From contig CAZYLT010000001.1 in the NCBI GenBank assembly GCA_964648855.1, forward strand, positions 90,001 through 122,000: DNA of 32,000 bases, read 5' to 3'. The notes under the pieces were generated by a model, which was not told where the DNA came from, searched no databases, and worked only from the letters and a program-made list of their open reading frames with translations. A program made the translations under genes and the position numbers. Numbering within the stretch: the stretch's first letter is position 1; the number at the start of each line of letters is the position of its first letter. This document shows positions 8,136 to 16,797 of this stretch, piece after piece. The stretch comes from an uncultured archaeon (GTDB lineage Archaea; Asgardarchaeota; Thorarchaeia; Thorarchaeales; Thorarchaeaceae).

Positions 8136-9662
8136 TTGGTGTTCATAGTGGAGAAGGACCCAGTTAGCAATCTAGATATGAGGATTCTAGAGCTGAATAC
8201 GGAGTATTTCGGAATAACGCTCGGTATGCTGATGCAGCAAGCAGGACGGGAGATTGCCAGAGTAATCCAGGGGCACGAAGACATAGATGGTAGCAAGATT
8301 GCCATTTTTTGTGGAACAGGTGGGAACGGCGGAGATGGAATGGTTGCAGCCAGACACCTCCATGAGGCAGGAGCGGATGTTGAGCTGTATCTTGTGAGTT
8401 CAAATGACAAGTTCTCCAGTTCTGATACATCTGATAATTGGGAAATTCTCCAGAAAATAGATGGTATCAGCAAAGAAACGTTGCCAACAGAGAGCAGCAT
8501 CAAGAAGTGCAAAGCTTTCGAGAACGCATACATAATAATTGATGCATTACTAGGATTTGGGCTTTCATCGGGTGTTCGGGAACCAATTAAGTCAGCCATT
8601 AAGAAAATCAACAAAAGCGATGCAAGAATTTACTCAATCGATGTTCCTAGTGGTATAGATTCTGAAACAGGAAAGATATGGGGAGTAGCTGTCGAGGCGA
8701 ATCATACTGTAACCTTGCATGCCCCAAAGACTGGCTTAATGAACGCCGCAAAGAATACAGGAGAAGTGATTGTTGCATCGATTGGGATTCCTCCAGAAGC
8801 TGAGGTAACCTGTGGAAGCGGTGACTTGTGGCCCTTTACGAGGCCTAGGGAAGAATTCAGTCATAAGGGAGATTTCGGACGAATTCTAGTCATAGGAGGC
8901 AGTGATGTGTATTCAGGAGCGCCTGCTCTGACTGGAATGGCCGCTCTTAGAAGTGGTGCTGATTTGATAAGCATATTAGCCCCTGAGCCAGTTGTCCCTG
9001 CAATTCGAAGCTATTCTCCTAATCTTATGGTGGAGGGCACTGGAACAAGCATTCTCAATTCTGATGCGGCAAAGAAGGCGGTAGAGAGAACAAGGGAGAA
9101 TAATGTAATAGCACTGGGGCCAGGACTTGGGAGGAATGAAGAAACAGTTAGAGCGGTCCACGAAATTCTTGAGAGCATTGCTGACGCAGGTACACCAGCG
9201 GTTGTTGATGCGGATGGACTCAAAGCTATGGCATCTTCGGGCATAACTCTCGATCCGACGACGTCCATCTTGACTCCTCACTGGGGTGAGCTTGGGGTCC
9301 TCCTCGACACCAAATTGGGTGACGGCAGGAGCCTTGATGATCGACTTCTACGTGCAACTGAAGGAGCTGTCAAATTTAATTCAACTATCTTATTGAAAGG
9401 GCCGGTTGACATCATAGTAAGTCCTGATGGAAGGCACAAACATAATCATACAGGCTGCCCAGCAATGACTGTGGGAGGAACAGGGGATGTACTCGCGGGG
9501 ATAACGGCAGCATTTTTGGCACGGGGACTAGGTGCATTCCGCGCTGCCTGCGCTGCAGCATTTGCCTCAGGAAAAGCTGGAGAGAAGGCCTTCGAAAAAT
9601 TCGGAAATCATATCACAGCAACCGATTGCATAGAGGCATTGCCATTGGTCTTGAAACCCTAG
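8136..9662 (+). CDS. nnr: Bifunctional NAD(P)HX epimerase/dehydratase (Nnr/YjeF)
   Basis: CGTGGNGGDG, IDALLGFG, IDVPSG, HKGDFG, GPGLG, DADG, TPHWGE, GGTGDVLAG. Start may be GTG 8148. Confidence 0.95.
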   Translation: MVFIVEKDPVSNLDMRILELNTEYFGITLGMLMQQAGREIARVIQGHEDIDGSKIAIFCGTGGNGGDGMVAARHLHEAGADVELYLVSSNDKFSSSDTSDNWEILQKIDGISKETLPTESSIKKCKAFENAYIIIDALLGFGLSSGVREPIKSAIKKINKSDARIYSIDVPSGIDSETGKIWGVAVEANHTVTLHAPKTGLMNAAKNTGEVIVASIGIPPEAEVTCGSGDLWPFTRPREEFSHKGDFGRILVIGGSDVYSGAPALTGMAALRSGADLISILAPEPVVPAIRSYSPNLMVEGTGTSILNSDAAKKAVERTRENNVIALGPGLGRNEETVRAVHEILESIADAGTPAVVDADGLKAMASSGITLDPTTSILTPHWGELGVLLDTKLGDGRSLDDRLLRATEGAVKFNSTILLKGPVDIIVSPDGRHKHNHTGCPAMTVGGTGDVLAGITAAFLARGLGAFRAACAAAFASGKAGEKAFEKFGNHITATDCIEALPLVLKP

Positions 9663-10648
9663 CTGATAATGGGCATATGATTGACAAAGTATCTTGCAGC
9701 TTTTGCATTTACAGCATTCACTGAAACCCAGATGATGCCGACATCCGGCTGTCCGTAGAGCATCACGGCGCCTTCGGGGGCAAGCAAGACGGCGGGGAAT
9801 CCCATCAAGTCCTCCTCTCCCTCCACGAATACAAGAGACTTCTGTGTGTCATGAATCGCCGTGTCAATGACGGACCATGCCTCGGGATAAATGGTGGCTG
9901 CAGGATTATAGATGGTGTACTCAATTTCTCCATCTAAACTCAAATCGTAATTCCCTCTCTTGGTTGTTCCATCCACAATGCAGACATCTGGGGTATAGCC
10001 CGCTGCAGTCACAGTTTCGCTAGTCACATCACCTACAGCAACAACTACACTCGGTTCTATATCATTCAATCTTGTGACGACCCTATCCTCTGGAGGTCCA
10101 TCCTTCACCGCGAAGATTTCTCCTTTTGGTGTCTTCAAGCCAGATCTCATCTGTTCTGGCAATTTTCGCGGTACCTCATCCGTTCCCCTGAGTTTTCTCC
10201 CCGTGCGGTCAAGCTCACCTTTACGAATTCTAGCAGAAGACATCTTATCTCCGTCAGCCGCCATGACCGGTTTCAGCAAATAGACTTCATCTCTTACGGA
10301 AGAGAGCTGTTCCCTGATATCAAGCGCATGTTCCTGTATTTCCGTGCAGCAGGGACCTTCAAACATTAGAAAAGTTGTTGCACCCTTTATCTTCAGAAGC
10401 TCGTCATAGCCTGTAATCACTTCAATATCCACATGTGCTGTGGTTTCACATGAGGCAAGATATTTCCGCAAATTCTCCTTCCGAAGGTCGATAGGCTGAA
10501 TAAGCGACTCGTATTCTATCTCTGAGCCCAGTAGCTCTCCATCCGTTACGCATGCTATTGGATTCTTCATGTCACATAGTCTGTCTAGCAAGACATGGTG
10601 CCCAATATGTAGGCGGTCGAACAGATTGAGAGCCCAGCTGCCAGCCAT
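9659..10648 (-). CDS. Fused phosphopantetheine adenylyltransferase (CoaD) and GTP-dependent dephospho-CoA kinase (DUF359)
   Basis: N-terminal FDRLHIGH and DGDKMSSARIRKGELD (HIGH/KMSKS-type); C-terminal LKTPKG, VGDVT, VDGTTKR, NPAATI, VEGEEDL, YGQP. Confidence 0.88.
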   Translation of the reverse strand: MAGSWALNLFDRLHIGHHVLLDRLCDMKNPIACVTDGELLGSEIEYESLIQPIDLRKENLRKYLASCETTAHVDIEVITGYDELLKIKGATTFLMFEGPCCTEIQEHALDIREQLSSVRDEVYLLKPVMAADGDKMSSARIRKGELDRTGRKLRGTDEVPRKLPEQMRSGLKTPKGEIFAVKDGPPEDRVVTRLNDIEPSVVVAVGDVTSETVTAAGYTPDVCIVDGTTKRGNYDLSLDGEIEYTIYNPAATIYPEAWSVIDTAIHDTQKSLVFVEGEEDLMGFPAVLLAPEGAVMLYGQPDVGIIWVSVNAVNAKAARYFVNHMPIIS

Positions 10649-10732
10649 AATCATCACATAAGAAAGGGTCTACTGATATGTTTAATATTCCGTTTTTGCT
10701 TCTATGGAGTATCAGACCAATGTGTTGAGAGA

Positions 10733-11428
10733 ATGAAGATACTAGCAGTGGGAGATATCCATTATCCGAGGTATGAAGAAGAATTCAAAGAGGCAATGAG
10801 TACTCTCGAACGACCTGATTTGTTCCTCCTAGCAGGAGACATGATAAACCGAGGAGCTGCTGAAGAATTTCCAAATGTACTGGGTGTCATCGAAAGCTAT
10901 CTTGGCAAAGGATTTCCTATTGTGGGGTGCTTTGGAAATGAGGAATACTCAGAAGTGCGAAAGAAGATACTATCACTAGTACGAAAGAGAATTGACATTC
11001 TGGATGAGAAAGCGAAGATCTACAAAATTAAGGGGATGAAGATTGGCATTGTTGGCACACAGGGGTCTCTAGATAAACCAACCAACTGGCAAAGAGAGAA
11101 TATTCCGAACATAAAAAAAGCATTTGAACGTAGAGCTGATAGAGCCAGTAATTTACTTCATAAGCTGAGAAAGAAGGCGGATAGACGGATTCTTCTCATG
11201 CATTACTCGCCATGTCTTGAAACATGTGAGGGAAAGGACCTAAGGAATTTTCCTTGGTTTGGTAGTAAGAAATTTTACGCGGTAATCACATCAGAACAGC
11301 CAAATCTAGTGATACACGGACATGTGCATAACTCAGATGTGCATGAGGCAACAATTGGTTCGACGAAGGTGAGGAATGTGGCATTCCCGGCTGTCGGTAA
11401 AGTAACTGAACTAAATCTCTGGACCTAA
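10733..11428 (+). CDS. Calcineurin-like metallophosphoesterase
   Basis: GDIH, AGDM, GNEE, MHY and HGHVH motifs. Confidence 0.9.
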   Translation: MKILAVGDIHYPRYEEEFKEAMSTLERPDLFLLAGDMINRGAAEEFPNVLGVIESYLGKGFPIVGCFGNEEYSEVRKKILSLVRKRIDILDEKAKIYKIKGMKIGIVGTQGSLDKPTNWQRENIPNIKKAFERRADRASNLLHKLRKKADRRILLMHYSPCLETCEGKDLRNFPWFGSKKFYAVITSEQPNLVIHGHVHNSDVHEATIGSTKVRNVAFPAVGKVTELNLWT

Positions 11429-11851
11429 GTATTCATGCCCAGTTACTCGCATAGTCGGTTCAAATTTGTATCCATACACGATGAGACCACCTTGTCCGTA
11501 TTCGGTTATTTTCCTGAAGCAAGCTCGTACAGGCATTCCAATTTCTACTTCTTCTGGTTCGCAATTGACAATTTGAGCGGTCAATCTAGCTCCTTCGTTG
11601 AGTTCAATTTGTGCAACGACGTAAGGTAGCTGTCTCTTGAAAGTATCAGGAGCTTGACGAACAATCGCAAATGTATGGACTGTGCCTAGCCCTTTGAATT
11701 TGTACTTCTCCAGTTGTCCCTTACGCCGACATTCTGGACACACGGGACGTGGAGGAAAATAATACCCGTCGCATGTCTTGCAGTGGGTACCTTCTATATT
11801 GTATATTGACCGAATTTTCCGCCAAACTTGTGCAACGCCTTCTTCTGCCAT
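11411..11851 (-). CDS. DUF35 Zn-ribbon/OB-fold scaffold of the thiolase-HMG-CoA synthase complex
   Basis: CKTC...FPPRPVCPEC, GTVHTF, IGMPV, YGYKF; downstream of the thiolase. Confidence 0.93.
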   Translation of the reverse strand: MAEEGVAQVWRKIRSIYNIEGTHCKTCDGYYFPPRPVCPECRRKGQLEKYKFKGLGTVHTFAIVRQAPDTFKRQLPYVVAQIELNEGARLTAQIVNCEPEEVEIGMPVRACFRKITEYGQGGLIVYGYKFEPTMRVTGHEYLGPEI

Positions 11852-11856
11852 GATTA

Positions 11857-13017
11857 TCACCGTCCAAGAATATGAGTTATCGCAGTGGCACCTGTTCCGC
11901 CAATATTCACTGCCAAGCCCTTCTCGGCACCATCAACCTGTCTTCCTTCAGCATCCCCTCGTAGCTGAAGTGCCAATTCAACTATCTGGGCGACACCAGT
12001 TGCTCCAATGGGATGTCCTCTGGCCTTCAAACCGCCAGATGCATTCACCGGAAATGCACCATCAATTTGAGTGATTCCTTCTTCTACTGCTGGGCCACCT
12101 TTGCCCTTCTCAGCAATTCCGACATCCTCCATAAGGACAATCTCACTGATAGTGAATGAGTCGTGCATCTCAAACACATCAATATCGTCAATTTCTACAT
12201 CAGCACGTCTGAATGCATCTCTTGAAGAAGTCACAACAGCGTTCATTGTTGTGATATCAGACCGGTCATGAAGTGCAAGAGTGTCGCTTGCCTGTGTTGA
12301 TGCATCTACGTAAATAGGAGTGTCTGTATACTTCTTAGCCATCTCTTCAGAACACATGACTAATCCTGCAGCTCCATCGCTGATGGGTGATGAATGTAAT
12401 ATTCTGATTGGATCAGCCAGCATTCCTGAGTTCATCACAATCTTTAGTGGTACGGCTCGTTGAAACTGTGCCCAGGGATTATGGACAGCATTTGCGTGGT
12501 TCTTGACCGAAACCAAACCAAGCTGCTCGTCAGTAGTGCCATATTCCAACATATGCCTGCGTTGAATGAATGCATAGAGGGCTGGAAATGTGGCACCAAA
12601 TAGCCCCTCCCACTCCCAATCACTGGCAACACTCATCGTGTTCATAGCCTCGGTCTGGTTTACGTCACTCATCTTCTCACATCCAAGGACTAGCATGCAA
12701 TCATGCTCACCAGATTTTATTGACATGTACGCTTGTCGCACAGCAGCACCACCACTGGCACAAGCAGCCTCTACACTATATGCAGGCAGATTTCCCAAAC
12801 CGCCCATATCTGCAGCAAGGGCCCCCAGGTGCTCTTGCCCAGTGAATCTTCCGGCACTCATGTTGCCGATTACGATAGCATCCAAATCAGCACCTTGAAT
12901 ATTGGAATCGAATATCGCAAGCATTCCTGCTTCAAGTGTGAAATCGCTTAAGCTCTTATCCCACAATTCTCCAAAGTTGCTCATCCCAACACCGATAATT
13001 GCTACTCTATCACTCAT
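11857..13017 (-). CDS. Acetyl-CoA acetyltransferase (archaeal acetoacetyl-CoA thiolase)
   Basis: VEAACASGG, KNHANA, SDGAA, EMHDSF, SGGLKARGHPIGATG. Confidence 0.95.
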   Translation of the reverse strand: MSDRVAIIGVGMSNFGELWDKSLSDFTLEAGMLAIFDSNIQGADLDAIVIGNMSAGRFTGQEHLGALAADMGGLGNLPAYSVEAACASGGAAVRQAYMSIKSGEHDCMLVLGCEKMSDVNQTEAMNTMSVASDWEWEGLFGATFPALYAFIQRRHMLEYGTTDEQLGLVSVKNHANAVHNPWAQFQRAVPLKIVMNSGMLADPIRILHSSPISDGAAGLVMCSEEMAKKYTDTPIYVDASTQASDTLALHDRSDITTMNAVVTSSRDAFRRADVEIDDIDVFEMHDSFTISEIVLMEDVGIAEKGKGGPAVEEGITQIDGAFPVNASGGLKARGHPIGATGVAQIVELALQLRGDAEGRQVDGAEKGLAVNIGGTGATAITHILGR

Positions 13018-13028
13018 GTCTATGCACC

Positions 13029-14072
13029 TCACCCTAGAGCCTTGATTTTGCGCCTATATTTCGCATACACTGCGTAGCTCACGTATTTCTTTCGCGACAT
13101 GAAGTCATCCACGGTGGGCACTTCTCCTCGATGGTTTTCTATTTCATCTTCAACACGAATTGAGAATGCGTCACTTCCAGCACCGGATCCGTAAGATACC
13201 ATGAAGATTCGTGAACCGGGATCAGCAATGTCAAGAACCCTAGCAAGACCTATCATTGCAGAACCAGAGTAGGTATTTCCAATCTGACGTACTACAAGAC
13301 TATCCTCAAGCTTCTCACTCGGCACGCCTAATTGCTTGCCCATGGAAACTGGGAATTTACCATTTGGCATGTGAAAGATGAAGTAGTCAAAATCATCGAC
13401 CGTGGTTTTGGTTCGTTTGAAGAGTAATTTCGCACCTTCACTCACATGCCTGAAATATGCTGGCTCTCCAGTGAATCGCGCGCCATGACTAGGAAAGTCC
13501 TCGCCTTCGCGGCGCCAGAAGTCAGGGGTGTCTGTTGTGAAAGATGTTGTGTCCTCTATGGTTGCAATTGGCTTGTCTTGACCTATGATATAGGCCGCCC
13601 CACCCGCAGCAGCCGAGTACTCAAGTGCGTCGCCAGGTCTACCTTGAGCAGTATCTGCTCCTATTGCAAGACCTAAATCAATCATTCCTGAGTCAACGAG
13701 ACCCATGTTGGTCTGCATTGCAGCAGTTCCTGCCTTGCAGGCGAACTCGAAATCAGCAGCAGTAAGATTTGTTGTGCACTCGATTGCTTCAGCAACAATA
13801 GTCCCCGTTGGTTTCACAGCATAAGGGTGAGACTCTGAACCTACATATATAGCTCCAATTCGTTTTGCATCAATTCGAGCATATTTCACAGCGTTTCTTG
13901 CGGCCTCGACAGAAATAGTTGCTACATCCTCATCAGGGCCTGGAACAGATTTTTCAAACACACCCAAACCGTGGGCTAGCTTTTCTCCATCTTCTCCCCA
14001 GACCTCAGCAATGCTTTCAGTCTTGATTCTGTAGCGAGGTATGTAAACACCATAACCAATAATTCCAACCAT
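13029..14072 (-). CDS. Hydroxymethylglutaryl-CoA synthase (archaeal)
   Basis: [44 protein letters not shown]. Confidence 0.96.
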   Translation of the reverse strand: MVGIIGYGVYIPRYRIKTESIAEVWGEDGEKLAHGLGVFEKSVPGPDEDVATISVEAARNAVKYARIDAKRIGAIYVGSESHPYAVKPTGTIVAEAIECTTNLTAADFEFACKAGTAAMQTNMGLVDSGMIDLGLAIGADTAQGRPGDALEYSAAAGGAAYIIGQDKPIATIEDTTSFTTDTPDFWRREGEDFPSHGARFTGEPAYFRHVSEGAKLLFKRTKTTVDDFDYFIFHMPNGKFPVSMGKQLGVPSEKLEDSLVVRQIGNTYSGSAMIGLARVLDIADPGSRIFMVSYGSGAGSDAFSIRVEDEIENHRGEVPTVDDFMSRKKYVSYAVYAKYRRKIKALG

Positions 14073-14383
14073 TCACGAATCTCTCCATTTTCTTTCCACT
14101 ACGGGAAATGTCGAAGTTATATACGTCGTTCTTCTACTCTATCTGGCGGGCGATGTCCCCTATATAGAGCTTTTCATAGCTGGAGCCGTGTGTTTACGTC
14201 TTTTTGCGAATCTCGACTCCGCTATTACCTATTGACGACAGACTTACAGGTGAGACGGTCGTATATATTGCTGACGACGTGAATAAGATAGCATATTGTC
14301 GAACTAGGCAGGAAATGAGTGTATCCATCAAAACATGCTGCTTGAGTGGCGTAAGATAATAAGCAATCAGTCCCATACACAAG

Positions 14384-14590
14384 TTGGCGATTGGATTGAC
14401 CGAATCGTTTTCCGGACTCAAATATCAGAAGGTAGTTCTTCAAGAAAGAAAAACAGTTTCTCAGTTGCTAGAGGAGTTAGAGATCTCCAAAGACCATGTG
14501 GTCCTTGTAGATGGCAAGCGAGTCGAGTCCGACTTTCTTATTGATACATCCGATTCAGTTATTGTCCTTCCGCTCATTAAGGGTGGGTAG
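14384..14590 (+). CDS. ThiS/MoaD/SAMP-type ubiquitin-like (beta-grasp) protein
   Basis: TVSQLLEEL, VVLVDGK and C-terminal LPLIKGG; 68 aa. Confidence 0.85.
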   Translation: MAIGLTESFSGLKYQKVVLQERKTVSQLLEELEISKDHVVLVDGKRVESDFLIDTSDSVIVLPLIKGG

Positions 14591-16099
14591 CGGCAGACCG
14601 TCAGCATATCTACAGGCATGCTCCAGTTCTGCTTTGGAGGCAATTATCCTCTTAGATTGAACAGGAATCCCCACAATATTCCCAATCTGCTTCAGAATAT
14701 TGGGCAATGCTTTACGCAGGCTCCTTCTAGTCGCATCCTCAAGCCTCCTTACATTTTCAGAAATAGCTTCGAGCAGTAATTTGCTGGAGCCCGAGCTATA
14801 CTGAGTTGCACTCTTCGCTTTATTGGCAATTGTTTCTGGCAATCCCATTCGAGCACAGATCTTTCGGAATATTATCTTACGTCGAGCAAGTCCTTCTGGT
14901 GTAACTTTGTAAGTCGTTGGAATCGAAAGGCCATACTGAACAAATGGGTGTGATAAATACGGAAAAAATGCCTCACAGCCGAAGTGTTCTATCGCCTTCA
15001 TGTCACGTGCGATGTTAGCCTCATGCGTAACGGATACGTTTTGGATGAGTTCATGTTGCAATGCCTTCTCACCTCTTTCTCTGAAAATACGAACATGTCT
15101 TGCATAGCCAGCAAATATCTCATCCGGACCTTGTCCAGAAATTAGTAGATTATGTCCGATAGACGATGCTAATTTTGCTGCTAGGAAAAAGGGAATTGCA
15201 ATCTCAACATCCATTACATTGGTTGTTTCAATTGAATATACGACCTCTGGCAATATGCGCCATAACAGAGCAGAATCTAGCAGAACTTCTTGAACGTCCA
15301 TACCCAGCTCTCCTGCACTGCCCCGGGCAGCTTTCAGATCCTTTGATTCTTCACCAAACGCAGAGATAAGAATCATATCATTGACGTACCTCCTTGACAG
15401 AAGTGCAGCCATGGAACTGTCTATACCTCCGGAGAATAACACAGCCGCCTTATCAACGCCCCTCAATTTTGAAAAGGATTTCAGTAGAAGCGCTTCCATA
15501 TTCTTGTGTAAATCTTTCAAGTGTAGTTGGCACGGGGTGGGGTACCCGGCTCTGAAAGAAGACTCTACCCGCAAATGACCCGAGTCATGCAGAGTCAAAA
15601 TATCGCCAGGAGAAACAACAGCAATGCCTGACAAACCAAGATTCCATAGCGCCTTCTTCTGTGTAGAGAAGAGAGTCCTATTGGAATCAGCAGCCACGTA
15701 TAGAGGAATCTGACCATCTTGTGATCTGATAATGACTCGTTTGCCTTCTTGCTCCACGACCATGATTGAGGTTGTTAGGAACCGGTCCAATCTGTCAAGA
15801 AAAGAGTGCCTTTGCGCATTATCGTAACTGCTAAAGTAGCGTGAAATGAGTCGCGCATTTCGAGGAATCAGTTGGTGGGTATGACAGAGAAACATGTGTT
15901 CATTTGTGTGCTCTGCATTCTGAATTGGATATTTTGCAGGATAGCTAGCACACCAACAAGTAGTATCATTAGAAGAACCGGAGATGCAAACAGTAGAAAC
16001 TCCACGGTCAATCTGAGAAAGGGATTCCAACATATTGGAAATTTGTTTAGCAATAGAGCAGGAACCAACTCTCTCAACAATCCCAACCAGCGCTGGCAT
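14555..16099 (-). CDS. Asparagine synthetase B-like protein with degenerate glutaminase domain
   Basis: VLFSGGIDSS PP-loop, SGQGPDEIFAGY, FPYL, KSATQYSSG. The N-terminus MPALVGIV lacks the Ntn catalytic Cys. Confidence 0.85.
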   Translation of the reverse strand: MPALVGIVERVGSCSIAKQISNMLESLSQIDRGVSTVCISGSSNDTTCWCASYPAKYPIQNAEHTNEHMFLCHTHQLIPRNARLISRYFSSYDNAQRHSFLDRLDRFLTTSIMVVEQEGKRVIIRSQDGQIPLYVAADSNRTLFSTQKKALWNLGLSGIAVVSPGDILTLHDSGHLRVESSFRAGYPTPCQLHLKDLHKNMEALLLKSFSKLRGVDKAAVLFSGGIDSSMAALLSRRYVNDMILISAFGEESKDLKAARGSAGELGMDVQEVLLDSALLWRILPEVVYSIETTNVMDVEIAIPFFLAAKLASSIGHNLLISGQGPDEIFAGYARHVRIFRERGEKALQHELIQNVSVTHEANIARDMKAIEHFGCEAFFPYLSHPFVQYGLSIPTTYKVTPEGLARRKIIFRKICARMGLPETIANKAKSATQYSSGSSKLLLEAISENVRRLEDATRRSLRKALPNILKQIGNIVGIPVQSKRIIASKAELEHACRYADGLPLPTLNERKDNN

Positions 16100-16180
16100 C
16101 TTTCCCGCTCACATTCAGGATATTAGCCTGATTTCAAGATTGGAGCTAGATGACGAAGATAACTTCCGTGTACCAGGATT

Positions 16181-16597
16181 TCACTCAAAGGGTACATTGA
16201 TCAGCTTGACCATTTTGACTCCAGTAATGCCCGAAATTTGGTCTCTCAAGTCATCTACTTCCATGCTTAACTGTTCAGGAGTGAAGTAACATTCATAGAA
16301 ACATTTTGAAGCTTCTTGACATATTCCAGATGTAAACAATATATCCTCAAGGTCAGCACGTTCAAAGATGCTTGTAAGCTCTTCCAAGAAACTCTTACTC
16401 AGTTTTTCAATCTCCAGACGGAGATACAACACTTTGTTTGAATCCACAGGATAGATTTTCACATTTCTATCTTTGACCACCAGTATTGCCAATCCAAAAG
16501 GCTGAGACATTCCTTTGACGAAATCTGATGGTAGAGAAATTTCATTACCTTCAACAACTTTGAGAACTTTAGCTTGAGTCATTTCTGATTTATCCAA
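16181..16597 (-). CDS. Small protein with AbrB-like N-terminus and ACT-like C-terminus (putative regulator)
   Basis: GGAGGA RBS before TTG; GNEISLPSDF resembles AbrB; alternating beta/alpha pattern ending ISGITGVKMVKL resembles ACT. Confidence 0.55.
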   Translation of the reverse strand: MDKSEMTQAKVLKVVEGNEISLPSDFVKGMSQPFGLAILVVKDRNVKIYPVDSNKVLYLRLEIEKLSKSFLEELTSIFERADLEDILFTSGICQEASKCFYECYFTPEQLSMEVDDLRDQISGITGVKMVKLINVPFE

Positions 16598-16797
16598 GTT
16601 CTATTTCCTCCAATCTTGGCAATTGTAGAATGTGCTCCGCAATTATATCTCTTTTGCCAAAAAGCAAAGAGTAGGCCAGAAATAGAAGAAAGACTCTAAA
16701 TGGGTTTCTAAGAAGATTGAGTAGCAGTTCAAATCCCATCTCTCGCGGAAAACCTCAGGATTAATGACCTCACTTGTTTCTATCCGAGCGATTGTCA

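Noticed and set aside
14073-14383. Short ORFs or a peptide precursor for the AsnB-like enzyme in the 310 bp gap
   Set aside because: No convincing start, RBS or lasso-leader motif; TATA-like elements suggest a divergent promoter region.
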